Assembly (NCBI GenBank): GCA_035531595.1
Contig: DATKSN010000233.1
Location: 4,414-68,413 of the forward strand
DNA length: 64,000 nt
Origin: Pirellulales bacterium
Lineage (GTDB): Bacteria; Planctomycetota; Planctomycetia; Pirellulales; JAICIG01
Direction: 5' to 3'
Shown: piece by piece, positions 17,456-27,123 of the stretch
How positions within the stretch are numbered: position 1 is the stretch's first letter
Layout of the letters: each line of letters opens with the position of its first letter
Translations under genes and position numbers: made by a program
Notes under the pieces: generated by a model
Told to the model about the DNA's origin: nothing
Database searches by the model: none
What the model saw: the letters and a program-made list of their open reading frames with translations, nothing else

Positions 17456-19294
17456 GTGGCTGCGAAATTGACGTTCATGGTCTATCACAAGGGCCGGTTG
17501 CTCCACAGCGGCGAGTTCGACGCCGCCATGGAACTCGGCCGGCAGCACGACTCCGACGAGCGTCTCTTCGAAAACGCGCCCGACGAAACGGTCCGCCGAG
17601 TGCCGATCGCCGGGATCGATGAGATGAGCGTCTCGCGGCGGCACGTGCTCTTGGAACCGCTGGCCGGCGACCGAGTGCGCGTCGGCAACGTCTCGACGAG
17701 AAATGTCATTCGCCTGCGCGAGGGCACGAGCGTGGCCTCCGGCGCCAACCGCGAGCTTTTCGCGCCCTGCCAATTCTCGGTCGGCGAGCGCGAATTGTTC
17801 GAGGTGCGCGTCGAACCCCTGGTTTCCGAGTCGCAGGAGTTGCACACGCTGGCGCAACCGACCATGGCGCCGGGTGTCGCGCCGCGCGTGCCGCGGACCA
17901 TGGCGCCGCCGCTGTCGTCGTTGGCCGACCGGGACTTGGTTCCGCTGGTCGAGTGGCTGCAGACCGTTTCGGGGGTCTTGCAGAGCGCCTCCAGTTCCGA
18001 GGACTTCTTCGAGCGCGCCGCCGGCGCCGTCGTCGATCTGGTCGGGCTCGATTCGGGCCGCGTGCTCCTGCGCGAGGAGAAGGGCTGGATGGTGAAGGCC
18101 GAGCGGCAGGGGCGCGGACTGGCCGCCCGGCAGGGCGAATGGCAACCCAGCCGCCGCATCCTCGATACCGTCTGCCAACGGAAGGCGACCTATTGGCGCG
18201 ATGGGGCCGACGTCGGCGCGATGCGGGACAGCCTGGCCGACGTCGAGGCCGTCGTGGCATCGCCGATCCTCGATCGTCACGGCGACGTGATCGGCGCGCT
18301 CTACGGCGACCGGTACGTGGGTACTCGTTCGTCGGCGGGCATGCGGATCAGCAAGCCCGAGGCGGTGCTGGTCGAAACGCTGGCATGCGGCGTGGCGGCC
18401 GGCTTGGCGCGGATGGAGCAAGAGCGCGAGGCGGTCGCGGCGCGCGTTCGCTTCGAGCAGTTCTTCTCGGCGGAGTTGGCCGAGCAACTCGCGTTGCAGC
18501 CCGACTTGCTGGCGGGGCGCGACACCGAAGTGAGCGTGTTGTTCGCCGACATCCGCGGTTTCAGCCGCATCGCCGAGCAGCTCGGCGCGACGGGCACGAT
18601 GGCCTGGATCAACGACGTGCTCGACGTGCTCTCCGATTGCGTGATCCGCCACGGCGGGGTGCTGGTCGATTACGTCGGCGACGAACTGCTGGCCATGTGG
18701 GGGGCGCCCATCGCCCAGCCAGGCCATGCATTGTGCGCCGCGCGCGCGGCCGTCGAAATGTGGCAATCGTTGCACGACTTCAACGCGCGCTGGGCCAAGC
18801 GCCTGGGTGAAGAGACGCGGCTGGGAATCGGCATCAACAGCGGCGTTGCCCGCGTGGGAAACACCGGCTCGCGCCGCAAGTTCAAGTATGGGCCGCTGGG
18901 GAACACCGTCAACTTGGCAAGCCGCGTGCAAGGGGCGACCAAACACCTGCGGGCCGGCATGTTGGTCACCGCCGCGACGCAGGCGCGGCTCGACGCCTCG
19001 CTGGCCACTCGCCGGCTTTGCCAGGTGCGGGTTGTCAACATCGTCGAACCGGTCACCCTGTACGAGTTGCGGCCCGTCGCCGAGCCCACCTGGCCCGCGC
19101 TATGCGAGCGGTACGAACAGGCCCTCGCGCATTTCGAGGTCGGCGATTTCTCGCAATCGCTGAAAACCCTGCGCGAATCGCCGGCCCATTTTGCCGACGA
19201 TGGTCCTTCGCTCGTGCTCCGCTTGCGCGTCGAAGCGGCTTTGGCGTCGTCCACATCGCCCTTTAGCCCCGTTTGGGAACTGCCGGGGAAATAA
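17456..19294 (+). CDS. FHA - GAF - class III adenylate/guanylate cyclase
   Basis: N-terminal FHA domain (MELGRQ...VSRRHVLLEP), a central GAF-like region, and cyclase motifs VSVLFADIRGFSRIAE, DYVGDELLAMWGAP, GINSGVARVGNTGS, YGPLGNTVNLASRVQG. GTG start at 17456, or ATG at 17477. Confidence 0.85.
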   Translation: MAAKLTFMVYHKGRLLHSGEFDAAMELGRQHDSDERLFENAPDETVRRVPIAGIDEMSVSRRHVLLEPLAGDRVRVGNVSTRNVIRLREGTSVASGANRELFAPCQFSVGERELFEVRVEPLVSESQELHTLAQPTMAPGVAPRVPRTMAPPLSSLADRDLVPLVEWLQTVSGVLQSASSSEDFFERAAGAVVDLVGLDSGRVLLREEKGWMVKAERQGRGLAARQGEWQPSRRILDTVCQRKATYWRDGADVGAMRDSLADVEAVVASPILDRHGDVIGALYGDRYVGTRSSAGMRISKPEAVLVETLACGVAAGLARMEQEREAVAARVRFEQFFSAELAEQLALQPDLLAGRDTEVSVLFADIRGFSRIAEQLGATGTMAWINDVLDVLSDCVIRHGGVLVDYVGDELLAMWGAPIAQPGHALCAARAAVEMWQSLHDFNARWAKRLGEETRLGIGINSGVARVGNTGSRRKFKYGPLGNTVNLASRVQGATKHLRAGMLVTAATQARLDASLATRRLCQVRVVNIVEPVTLYELRPVAEPTWPALCERYEQALAHFEVGDFSQSLKTLRESPAHFADDGPSLVLRLRVEAALASSTSPFSPVWELPGK

Positions 19295-19381
19295 CCAAAC
19301 TGGCCTGGACGCCCGTGCGAAAATCGCTATGCTCCCGCCCCCAGGTTTTAGGTGGCGATCGGTGGAAAAAGGAGTCGTCTG

Positions 19382-19990
19382 ATGAAACGGCCGCTGGTGC
19401 TGTTCTCCGCGGCGCTGCTGGCGGCGGGGTGCCATTCGGCCCAACGGCCGAACGACCCCTTCCTACCGCGCACGACCGTGCCTCCCCCGGCCACCGGCTC
19501 CTATCCCGCCCAGGGTGCGGCGCCTTATTACCCTAGCCCGCCGGGCGCCTACCCAGGACCGACGTCGAGCCAAGGCTTTGTCCCCAACAACTCCGCGCCG
19601 GCCAGCCCCTACACTCCGCCGGGTGGCTTCGCACCCGGCCCATCACCAGGTAACGGCGCGGCGGTTCCCACCGGTGGCCGCGCCTCGCAACGACCCTCAT
19701 CGAGCGGATGGGCGGCGCGCGCCGCCGATCCCGCTCGCAGCCCGCGAACCGCCGCCGCACCCGATGCGGAAGCTATCGAGCCAGCCAACCCGGTTCAGCC
19801 GGCGGGGTACAGTGCGCCGGCGAGCGGCCAGCGAAATCGCGTGACGCGGGCCCAATACGCGCCGCGGGTGCGGATTCGCATGCCCAATACCTCCACGTTG
19901 GCATCCTCGACAAACGACGGATTGCGGCGGTTGATCTCCGACGACAAGCCGATCGACATCATGGATTTGCCGCCCGCCCACGCGCGCTAG
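19382..19990 (+). CDS. Pro-rich lipoprotein
   Basis: MKRPLVLFSAALLAAGC lipobox, followed by Pro/Ala/Gly-rich low-complexity sequence. Confidence 0.6.
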   Translation: MKRPLVLFSAALLAAGCHSAQRPNDPFLPRTTVPPPATGSYPAQGAAPYYPSPPGAYPGPTSSQGFVPNNSAPASPYTPPGGFAPGPSPGNGAAVPTGGRASQRPSSSGWAARAADPARSPRTAAAPDAEAIEPANPVQPAGYSAPASGQRNRVTRAQYAPRVRIRMPNTSTLASSTNDGLRRLISDDKPIDIMDLPPAHAR

Positions 19991-19993
19991 ATA

Positions 19994-20127
19994 GACTTCA
20001 CGGTGGCTGGGGCAGAGCCTTAGCGATGCCCCGGTCGCTATCGAGCCGGGGCATCGCCAAGGCTCTGCCACCAGCCACCGCCGCTTTCTCCCGCAAAATA
20101 TCTCATTGTCGGCCGCGTGAAGTATAA
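19994..20127 (+). repeat. Palindromic element family PAL, copy b
   Basis: Core 19999-20079 plus the right flank ...gctttctcccgcaaaatatctcattgtcggccgcgtgaagtataa. It begins right after the lipoprotein stop. Confidence 0.8.
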
Positions 20128-20146
20128 TGACGAGTGGGCCGGGAAG

Positions 20147-20935
20147 CTAAAACCTTCCCCGCCGCCGTTCCTTGCTCGGCAGGATCTCCAGGCACGTCGT
20201 CCACCAGCCGCTGAGCAGCGTCCGCTGGAATTCAGGTGGCAACCCTTCGGCTTGCATTTCGCGGGCGAGGCGATCATGGTCGTACTCGATCGGCACGAAC
20301 TCAACCGTCAGTCCGGCGGCCGGCGAGTGCTCGAGGAGCGTGTACCAGACGTTCGTGCGACCGTCGTTCTCGGGACGCCCCAGGACGCCGACGTTCACGA
20401 ACCGCCCGCCCCGCTTCAGTTCGCGCAGCCAGTGGATGCCGGTGTGCGTGGCTAGTACCACGTCGGCCGAAACATCGTCGGCCAACTGGTCGAGGAAGTG
20501 CGTGGGGGTCGTCGACTCCCAAAGAAACTCGTTCACCTTCCGCGGGCTGCCGTGGCACAAGTAAACCCGATACGGTCCCAACTCCAAGCGAAGTTGCTTG
20601 GGCAGCGCGCAAAGCCAGCGGCGATTTTCCTGCGACGTGTTGCTCAACGTATAGCCGTAGCTGATCTGAGCGAAGTGGTTGTCGCGCGGGTCGGTATAGC
20701 CGCACTGGCAATCGTCCAGACCATGGCCGACCGAATCATCGTAGTTCCCTTGCAAGCAAACGACACCGTGGTCGAAGAGCAACGGAAACACGCGATCCGG
20801 GTACGGGCCGAAGCCACCCAGGTCGCCGAGGCAATAGATCGCATCGACACCGCGGCCGCGCGCGTGGCGCAGCGCCGCCGCCAGCGCCAGGTAATTGCTG
20901 TAGACGCCGCCGAAGAAGGCGATGCGGGTGGTCAT
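20147..20935 (-). CDS. Metallophosphoesterase (calcineurin-like)
   Basis: Motifs: CLGDLGG, LQGNYDD, LCHGSPR, ATHTG. Confidence 0.8.
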   Translation of the reverse strand: MTTRIAFFGGVYSNYLALAAALRHARGRGVDAIYCLGDLGGFGPYPDRVFPLLFDHGVVCLQGNYDDSVGHGLDDCQCGYTDPRDNHFAQISYGYTLSNTSQENRRWLCALPKQLRLELGPYRVYLCHGSPRKVNEFLWESTTPTHFLDQLADDVSADVVLATHTGIHWLRELKRGGRFVNVGVLGRPENDGRTNVWYTLLEHSPAAGLTVEFVPIEYDHDRLAREMQAEGLPPEFQRTLLSGWWTTCLEILPSKERRRGRF

Positions 20936-20946
20936 GGGTCATTGAT

Positions 20947-20988
20947 CTCGTTCCCACGCTGATCACGTTTCCACGCTCCGCGTGGCAG
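20947..20988 (+). repeat. REP-like element, copy 3 (degenerate)
   Basis: ctcgttcccacgctgatcacgtttccacgctccgcgtggcag. Confidence 0.6.
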
Positions 20989-21112
20989 TCGATTGTAATG
21001 CGCCGGCGCCCCACTTCGCCAGCACGATCGGGAGAATATCTCCCAACATCTCCCAACCTCCCAACCATGACGATTGCACCGCACGCCGCAATCAGGTAGG
21101 CTGTCCATCCAC

Positions 21113-21562
21113 ATGATCCTCGACCGTCTTAGCAACGCGCGGCGTTACTTGTCGCTCCATGCCGGCTTTGCCGCGGCGTTGGAGTTTCTTGCACAGCCGC
21201 TCGACCATTTGCCCTCCGGGCGGCAGCCGATCGACGGCGAGCGGCTGTTCGTGGTGATGAACCGGGAACAGGGACGCGGCCGCGCCGGTGCGAAGCTCGA
21301 ATCGCACCGCAAGTACATCGACATCCAGCTCACGCTCGGCGGGGCCGAAGAAATCGGCTGGAAGCCGAGCGGCGATTGCTCACGCGCCGAAGCGCCGTTT
21401 TCGGACGAGAACGACATTGCCTTCTACGCCGACCCGCCCGAAAGCTGGTTCGCCGTCCCACCGGGCTTTCTGGCGGTGTTCTTTCCCACCGACGCCCACG
21501 CGCCCCTGGGTGGAACGGGGGCCTTGCTGAAGGCGGTCGTCAAGATCGCCGTCGATTGGTGA
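21113..21562 (+). CDS. YhcH/YjgK/YiaL-family (DUF386) protein
   Basis: MILDRLSNARRY...LESHRKYIDIQLTLGG.E.IGW...FFPTDAHAP. Confidence 0.75.
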   Translation: MILDRLSNARRYLSLHAGFAAALEFLAQPLDHLPSGRQPIDGERLFVVMNREQGRGRAGAKLESHRKYIDIQLTLGGAEEIGWKPSGDCSRAEAPFSDENDIAFYADPPESWFAVPPGFLAVFFPTDAHAPLGGTGALLKAVVKIAVDW

Positions 21563-21563
21563 G

Positions 21564-22919
21564 ATGGCCAATCCGTTGGAACCAACGTCGCCGCGCAAAG
21601 TCTGGCCGGGCGCCAGGCCGGACGACGCTCCGACCCGTGTCCGCTATCGCGTACTCTTCGTCACGACGCTCGCCGCGGTGGTGCTTTACCTCGACCGTAA
21701 CTGCCTTGCCGAGGTGCTCAAGTACGACGACGTCAAGCGATCGCTCGGCCTGGACAAGGATTGGCAGGTCGCTTGGAGCTTGAGCGCCTTTTATTGGACC
21801 TACGCCGTCGCTCAGGTTCCGACCGGCTGGCTCGGCGACCGGTTTGGCGCGCGGACGATGATGGTGGTCTATATTGCCGGCTGGTCGGCGTGTACCGCCC
21901 TGATGGGCTGGGCGACCGGGTTCGCGATGTTGTGCGTGTTCCGTTTGAGCACGGGCGCCGCGCAAGCCGGCGCCTATCCCACCAGCGGCGCCCTGTTGAG
22001 CCGCTGGATGCCGTTGGCGGAGCGTGGCCTTGCCAGTAGCGTGGTCGCCTGGGGCGGGCGCGTGGGAGGCGCGATCGCGCCTGACCTGACGACGAGGTTG
22101 ATGCTGTCGTTCGGAAACTGGCAGGGCGTGATGCTCAGCTACGGCGTGCTCGGGTTGGGTGTGTCGGGGCTGTTTTGGCTTGTGTTTCGCGAGCGTCCCG
22201 AGCGGCACCCGCGGTCGAACGCGGCCGAGCGCCGTCTGATCGCGGCGGGGCGGCCGGCGTCCGGCGATTCGCCGCCCCTGCGAACCGGGCTGCCCTTCGC
22301 GCCGTTGATTGCCAGCTCGAGCATGTGGCTGATGTGCGTCTCACAGTTCACGACCAACGTCGGTTGGGTTTTCCTGGTCACCTGGTTGCCCAGCTACCTG
22401 AAGGAAGCCAAGCGGATGCCCGACGCGGCGGGCGGACGGATGACGACCTGGGTGCTGTTCGCGGGAATGGCGGGAATGCTGTTGGGAGGCTATCTCACCG
22501 ACCGGGCGACCCGCGCCCTGGGGCTGCGCTGGGGGCGGAGTCTACCGCTGGTGCTGTCGCGATTCATGGCGGCGGCCGCCTTCATGGTCGTTCCCTGGCT
22601 CGATTCGCCCTTGGCCGTGGCGGCGGCGTTCGCGGTCGTCGCCTTCTCGACCGACCTGGGAGTGGCCGGCACATGGGCCTACATGCAGGACGTCGGCGGC
22701 GGGCATGTGGGGTCGGTTCTCGGCTGGGGCAACATGTGGGGCAACTTCGGCGCCGCCGTCTCGCCGCCGCTCTTGGAGTGGGTCAACCGCGGGCAGGGCC
22801 AAGTGCCGAATTGGAACATCGGCTTCGCCGTCTGCGCCATCTCGTTTGTGATTTCCGGCCTCGCCTCGCTGGGCATCGACGCCACGAAGCCGATCGTGCC
22901 CGACCACGCCAATCTTTGA
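21564..22919 (+). CDS. MFS transporter
   Basis: About 12 hydrophobic segments. Includes the DRFGAR motif (GWLGDRFGARTMM). The start is 1 nt after the yhcH-like stop. Confidence 0.8.
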   Translation: MANPLEPTSPRKVWPGARPDDAPTRVRYRVLFVTTLAAVVLYLDRNCLAEVLKYDDVKRSLGLDKDWQVAWSLSAFYWTYAVAQVPTGWLGDRFGARTMMVVYIAGWSACTALMGWATGFAMLCVFRLSTGAAQAGAYPTSGALLSRWMPLAERGLASSVVAWGGRVGGAIAPDLTTRLMLSFGNWQGVMLSYGVLGLGVSGLFWLVFRERPERHPRSNAAERRLIAAGRPASGDSPPLRTGLPFAPLIASSSMWLMCVSQFTTNVGWVFLVTWLPSYLKEAKRMPDAAGGRMTTWVLFAGMAGMLLGGYLTDRATRALGLRWGRSLPLVLSRFMAAAAFMVVPWLDSPLAVAAAFAVVAFSTDLGVAGTWAYMQDVGGGHVGSVLGWGNMWGNFGAAVSPPLLEWVNRGQGQVPNWNIGFAVCAISFVISGLASLGIDATKPIVPDHANL

Positions 22920-23118
22920 CTGGATAATCCGCGGCGACTTTGCCGATAACCATGTTCGCATCGGTTCTCGTGCGCGTTCCGCGCGCCGGCTTGGGCCGAT
23001 GAGTGGTGTGGCGGCTGCCTTTGCGCCGATAAGAAGGCTGGGGCGCAGGGCACCATGGGAAGTCTCGGTCGGCCCGGATCGCGAGGCGTGGGCCGGCGTC
23101 GGAAGGAGGAAACTGGCC

Positions 23119-23382
23119 GTGCCGCAAGACATCAACGTGTTGGCCCTGGTCAAAGGCGCGGAGCGCTACGTGTTCCTTTATGACGACGCCAGCCGCGCCG
23201 AAACGCTGCGGGTGTTGGGGCGATACGCCTCGAACCCCGAGTTGAGCTTTACCTGGTACGACGCGGCCGTCCTGAGCCAGAAGATCCGCCAGGAAGCGGC
23301 CCATCCGCAACCACCGCCCCCGCACGCCCGGCCCCGCCGCTTCGACCTCCCCCTGCCCACCGACTCGGACGAGATTCTCTAG
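23119..23382 (+). CDS. Hypothetical protein (87 aa)
   Basis: GAAGGAGG RBS sits 9 nt before GTG 23119 (MPQDINVLALVKGAERYVFLYDD). It ends 3 nt before xerC. Confidence 0.5.
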   Translation: MPQDINVLALVKGAERYVFLYDDASRAETLRVLGRYASNPELSFTWYDAAVLSQKIRQEAAHPQPPPPHARPRRFDLPLPTDSDEIL

Positions 23383-23385
23383 GCC

Positions 23386-24285
23386 ATGCAGACGGCCATC
23401 GCACGTTTCTTGCAATACCTTCGGGTGGAGCGCAACGCCTCGGCGCTGACGATCAAGAGCTATCGCGAGGATCTCGACGCGCTGACGGCGCACCTGACCG
23501 AGCGTCACGGCTCCGCGCCGGAACCCGGCGGGCTGACGACACTCGACTTGCGCGGCTACCTCTCGGGTCTGCATGAGCAGGGATACGCCAAGACCACCAT
23601 CGCGCGGCGGCTGGCTTCGCTGCGTAGCTTCTTTCGTTTCGGCCAGCGTGAAGGCTGGACCGAGACGAACCCCGCCAAGCCACTGCGAAACCCTCGCAAG
23701 AGTCGATCGCTGCCCCACTTCCTTTCGTCGGTGGAGCTGGGAACGCTCTTGGAAGCTCCCGTGGGCGACAAGCCGATGGGCCTGCGCGACCGGGCGATCC
23801 TCGAAACGCTTTACTCGGCCGGGCTGCGAGTGAGCGAGCTCGTCGGGCTTAACGACGGCGACCTCGATTTCGCGGCCGGCATCGTTCGGGTGCGCGGCAA
23901 GGGGAAACGCGAGCGACTATCGCCCGTTGGCTCGTTCGCCGCCAAGGCACTGGCTCGCTGGCTCAAGGTCCGCGTCATCAACCCACGCGAGTCCCAGGGC
24001 CCCGAGGCGCCCGTGTTCGTGAACAAATCGGGCCGTCGGCTCACCACTCGCAGTGTCGGCCGTTTGCTGGAGAAGTACCTTGCCGCGACCGGACTTGACC
24101 GCCGCACGACGCCCCACACGCTCCGGCACAGCTTCGCCACGCACCTCCTGGACGGCGGCGCCGACATCCGAAGCGTTCAGGAACTGTTGGGCCACAAGAG
24201 CCTGGTGACGACGCAGATCTACACGCACCTCAGCACGGCCAATCTGAGGGCGGCCTACGAAAAGGCGCACCCGCGCGCCAATTGA
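23386..24285 (+). CDS. xerC: Tyrosine recombinase XerC/XerD family
   Basis: [61 protein letters not shown]. Confidence 0.85.
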   Translation: MQTAIARFLQYLRVERNASALTIKSYREDLDALTAHLTERHGSAPEPGGLTTLDLRGYLSGLHEQGYAKTTIARRLASLRSFFRFGQREGWTETNPAKPLRNPRKSRSLPHFLSSVELGTLLEAPVGDKPMGLRDRAILETLYSAGLRVSELVGLNDGDLDFAAGIVRVRGKGKRERLSPVGSFAAKALARWLKVRVINPRESQGPEAPVFVNKSGRRLTTRSVGRLLEKYLAATGLDRRTTPHTLRHSFATHLLDGGADIRSVQELLGHKSLVTTQIYTHLSTANLRAAYEKAHPRAN

Positions 24286-24337
24286 CGGAGCGACGCGGTG
24301 GCGGTCGTCCGCCTCCTGCCCTTTACGGCCGAGCAGG

Positions 24338-25147
24338 TTACGGTTCCGTGAGCGCGCCGGGAGTCGCTCTTCCCAGCAGTTCATCGACCGCTTCGCCGAT
24401 GTCGGCCCGCGACATGAGGGTCTCGCCGACAAGGATGGCGTCGATGCCTGCGGCCGCGAGACGCTCGACGTCGGCCCGGTCGCGGATGCCGCTCTCGGCG
24501 ACCAACAGGCAGTCGTCGGGGATTCGATCGCGCATGCGCAGCGTGTGTTCCAGATCGGTCGCGAATGTCCTCAGATCGCGATTGTTGACGCCGATCAAGG
24601 TGGCGCCGGCGGCCAGCACGCGCGGCAGGTTTTCCGGCTCGTAAAGCTCGACCAGCGGCGTCATGCCCAGCTCGATCGCCTCGTTGTGCAAGGCTCGCAA
24701 ACGGCAGTCGTCGAGGCACTCGGCGATCAAGAGCACGGCGTCGGCCCCGGCGGCGCGCGCCTCGAGCAGTTGGTAACGATCGAGGATGAAGTCCTTCCGC
24801 AGCACCGGCAGCCCCACCTCGGCGCGGACCCGGCGCAGATCGTCGAGCGATCCTTGAAAAAACGGCTCGTCGGTCAAGACGCTCAGGCAGGTTGCTCCGT
24901 GGCGCTCGTAGGTTTGCGCAATGACGAGCGGATCGAAATCGGCGCGGATGACGCCCTTCGACGGGCTGGCCTTCTTGACTTCCGCGATCAGCTTGATCGG
25001 ACCCGGCGCCGCCAGCGCCGCGAAGAAGTCGCGCACCGGCGGCGCCGAGGCCAATGGCTCGACAAGCGACGACGCGGGCCGCGCGGCCTTGGCCGCCGCG
25101 ATCTCCCGCCGCTTGGTCACAAGAATCTCGTCGAGGATGGTTGGCAT
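24338..25147 (-). CDS. trpC: Indole-3-glycerol-phosphate synthase
   Basis: MPTILDEILVTKRREI...IAEVKKASPSKG...LRKDFI...GVNNRDLRTF. ATG 25147 lies 2 nt after the purH stop. The track start at 25153 is a TTG. Confidence 0.9.
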   Translation of the reverse strand: MPTILDEILVTKRREIAAAKAARPASSLVEPLASAPPVRDFFAALAAPGPIKLIAEVKKASPSKGVIRADFDPLVIAQTYERHGATCLSVLTDEPFFQGSLDDLRRVRAEVGLPVLRKDFILDRYQLLEARAAGADAVLLIAECLDDCRLRALHNEAIELGMTPLVELYEPENLPRVLAAGATLIGVNNRDLRTFATDLEHTLRMRDRIPDDCLLVAESGIRDRADVERLAAAGIDAILVGETLMSRADIGEAVDELLGRATPGALTEP

Positions 25148-25149
25148 GT

Positions 25150-26748
25150 TCAATGTTTGAAATGCCGTCTGCCGGTGAAGACCATCGCCATCGAGTATTC
25201 GTCGCAGGCGGCGATGACTTCGGGGTCGTTGCGTGAACCGCCGGGCTGGATCACGGTGGTGACGCCGGACTTGGCCGCGGCATGCATCGAATCGGCGAAG
25301 GGGAAGAACGCGTCGGAACCGAGCGCCGCGCCCGTGGCGCCCGCGGAGGCCTTGGAAAGCGCGATTTGCACCGAATCGACGCGGCTCATTTGCCCCGCGC
25401 CGGTCCCCAGCAGCGTACGCTCCTTGGCCAACACGACGGCGTTCGACTTGACGTGCCTCACCAGAGCCCAGGCGAAACGCAAGTCAACCCATTCGGCGTC
25501 GGTCGGGGCGCGGCGAGTCACGACTTTCCACTCGGCTTCGGTGTCGGCCTCGATGTCCGCTTGCTGCACCAGCATGCCGCCGGCCAGGCGGCGATAGTCC
25601 CAGCGGGGAGGCTCGACCTCGAGCGGCCCGACGCGCATCAGCCGCACGTTGGCCCTCCATTTGGGGCGGGTCGTGAGGATCGCCAGCGCGTCGGGGGCGA
25701 ACTCGGGGGCCACCATCGCCTCGATGAACCGGCCCGGCTCCGCCAGCACCTCGGCCGTGGCCAGGTCGAGCGAGCGGTTGAACGCCAGCACCGAGCCGAA
25801 GGCGCTTTGCGGGTCGCCGTCGAGCGCGCGCCGCGCGGCGACGGCCAACGTGTCCGCCGAGGCGGCGCCGCACGGGTTGTTGTGCTTGATCACCACCGCG
25901 GCGGCGCCCGGCAACGTGCGCACGATCGCCAAGGCACTGTCGAGATCGAGCAGGTTGTTGTACGAAAGCTCCTTGCCCTGAAGCTGTTTCGCCGTGACCA
26001 GGTTGGCGCCGGAGGCGTTCGGCTCGGCGTACAGCGCGGCACGCTGGTGCGGGTTTTCGCCATAGCGAAGCAGCTCGCGACGAACGAGTTCGAGGCTCCA
26101 GGTTTCGGGCGGCGCGTCGGTCGCTTGGGCTTGGCGTGGACCAGCGGGCGCGCCGGCCTGACGGGCGAAGTAACCGGCGATGGACGCGTCGTAACGCGCC
26201 GTATGGGCGAAGGCGGCGCCGGCGAGTTGAAACCGCTGTTCGAGCGTGGTCGCGCCGGTCGCCGCGATCGCGCTGAGAATGCCGGCGTATTGATCGGGAT
26301 GGGTGGCCACGGTGACGAACGCGTGGTTCTTGGCCGCCGCTCTCACCAGCGATGGCCCGCCAATGTCGATCTGCTCGATGGCCTCCGCCCGCGTGACTTC
26401 GCCGCGCGCCACAGTGGCCTCGAAAGGATACAGGTTGACCACCACCAGGTCGAAGGGGAGTATTCCGTGCGATTCGATCGCGGCGAGGTCGGCCGCCTCG
26501 TCGCGGCGAAAGAGGATGCCGCCGTGAATTTTGGGGTGCAAGGTCTTGATCCGGCCGTCCATCATTTCCGGAAAGCCGGTGTAGTCGGCCACGTCGCGCA
26601 CGGCCAGTCCTTCGCCTTCCAGGTGACGGCGCGTGCCGCCGGTGCTGAACAACTCGACGCCTCGCGCGGCCAATCCGCGCGCCAAGGCCGCCAGTCCGGT
26701 CTTGTCGCTGACGCTGACGATCGCACGCTCGATACGCGGTTGGCTCAT
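25150..26748 (-). CDS. purH: Bifunctional AICAR transformylase / IMP cyclohydrolase
   Basis: RAIVSVSDKTGL, TGGTRRHL, KTLHPKIHGGIL, VVVNLYPF, C-terminal RHFKH. Confidence 0.95.
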   Translation of the reverse strand: MSQPRIERAIVSVSDKTGLAALARGLAARGVELFSTGGTRRHLEGEGLAVRDVADYTGFPEMMDGRIKTLHPKIHGGILFRRDEAADLAAIESHGILPFDLVVVNLYPFEATVARGEVTRAEAIEQIDIGGPSLVRAAAKNHAFVTVATHPDQYAGILSAIAATGATTLEQRFQLAGAAFAHTARYDASIAGYFARQAGAPAGPRQAQATDAPPETWSLELVRRELLRYGENPHQRAALYAEPNASGANLVTAKQLQGKELSYNNLLDLDSALAIVRTLPGAAAVVIKHNNPCGAASADTLAVAARRALDGDPQSAFGSVLAFNRSLDLATAEVLAEPGRFIEAMVAPEFAPDALAILTTRPKWRANVRLMRVGPLEVEPPRWDYRRLAGGMLVQQADIEADTEAEWKVVTRRAPTDAEWVDLRFAWALVRHVKSNAVVLAKERTLLGTGAGQMSRVDSVQIALSKASAGATGAALGSDAFFPFADSMHAAAKSGVTTVIQPGGSRNDPEVIAACDEYSMAMVFTGRRHFKH

Positions 26749-26770
26749 CGGATCCGCCAGACATGGTAGT

Positions 26771-27001
26771 TCACAGTTTCTCCAGGTACGCGAGAACCTC
26801 GGCGGTCGTGTAACTGGGCCCCTGGTTGCGTCGATTCAACTCGTCGTCGCTCAATGGCGGGCATGCGCGCTCGGCCGCCTCATAGTCGATGACCGGCATG
26901 AGCGTGCCCAGCACGGTGCCGGACTCGTCGCACAACTCGAGGGGCTCGGTCAAATCCAACAATTGATCGCGCAGGGTTGCGTCAAGGACAATTCTAGTCA
27001 T
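26771..27001 (-). CDS. Orphan paralogue of the 16863 antitoxin-like protein
   Basis: MTRIVLDATLRDQLLDLTEPLELCDESGTVLGTLMPVIDYEAAERA...YTTAEVLAYLEKL. By eye roughly half the residues match the 16863 protein, and the C-terminal 13 residues are identical. No toxin gene is adjacent. Confidence 0.6.
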   Translation of the reverse strand: MTRIVLDATLRDQLLDLTEPLELCDESGTVLGTLMPVIDYEAAERACPPLSDDELNRRNQGPSYTTAEVLAYLEKL

Positions 27002-27123
27002 GCGCGTCTCCAGGGTCGTTGAACAAAAAGCTGATCGTTCCAACCAACGCCAATTCGATTATACCTTGTCGGATGTGACGAACCAACACCCATGGGAACA
27101 AGGAGAAATTCGGCGAGCGTGCG

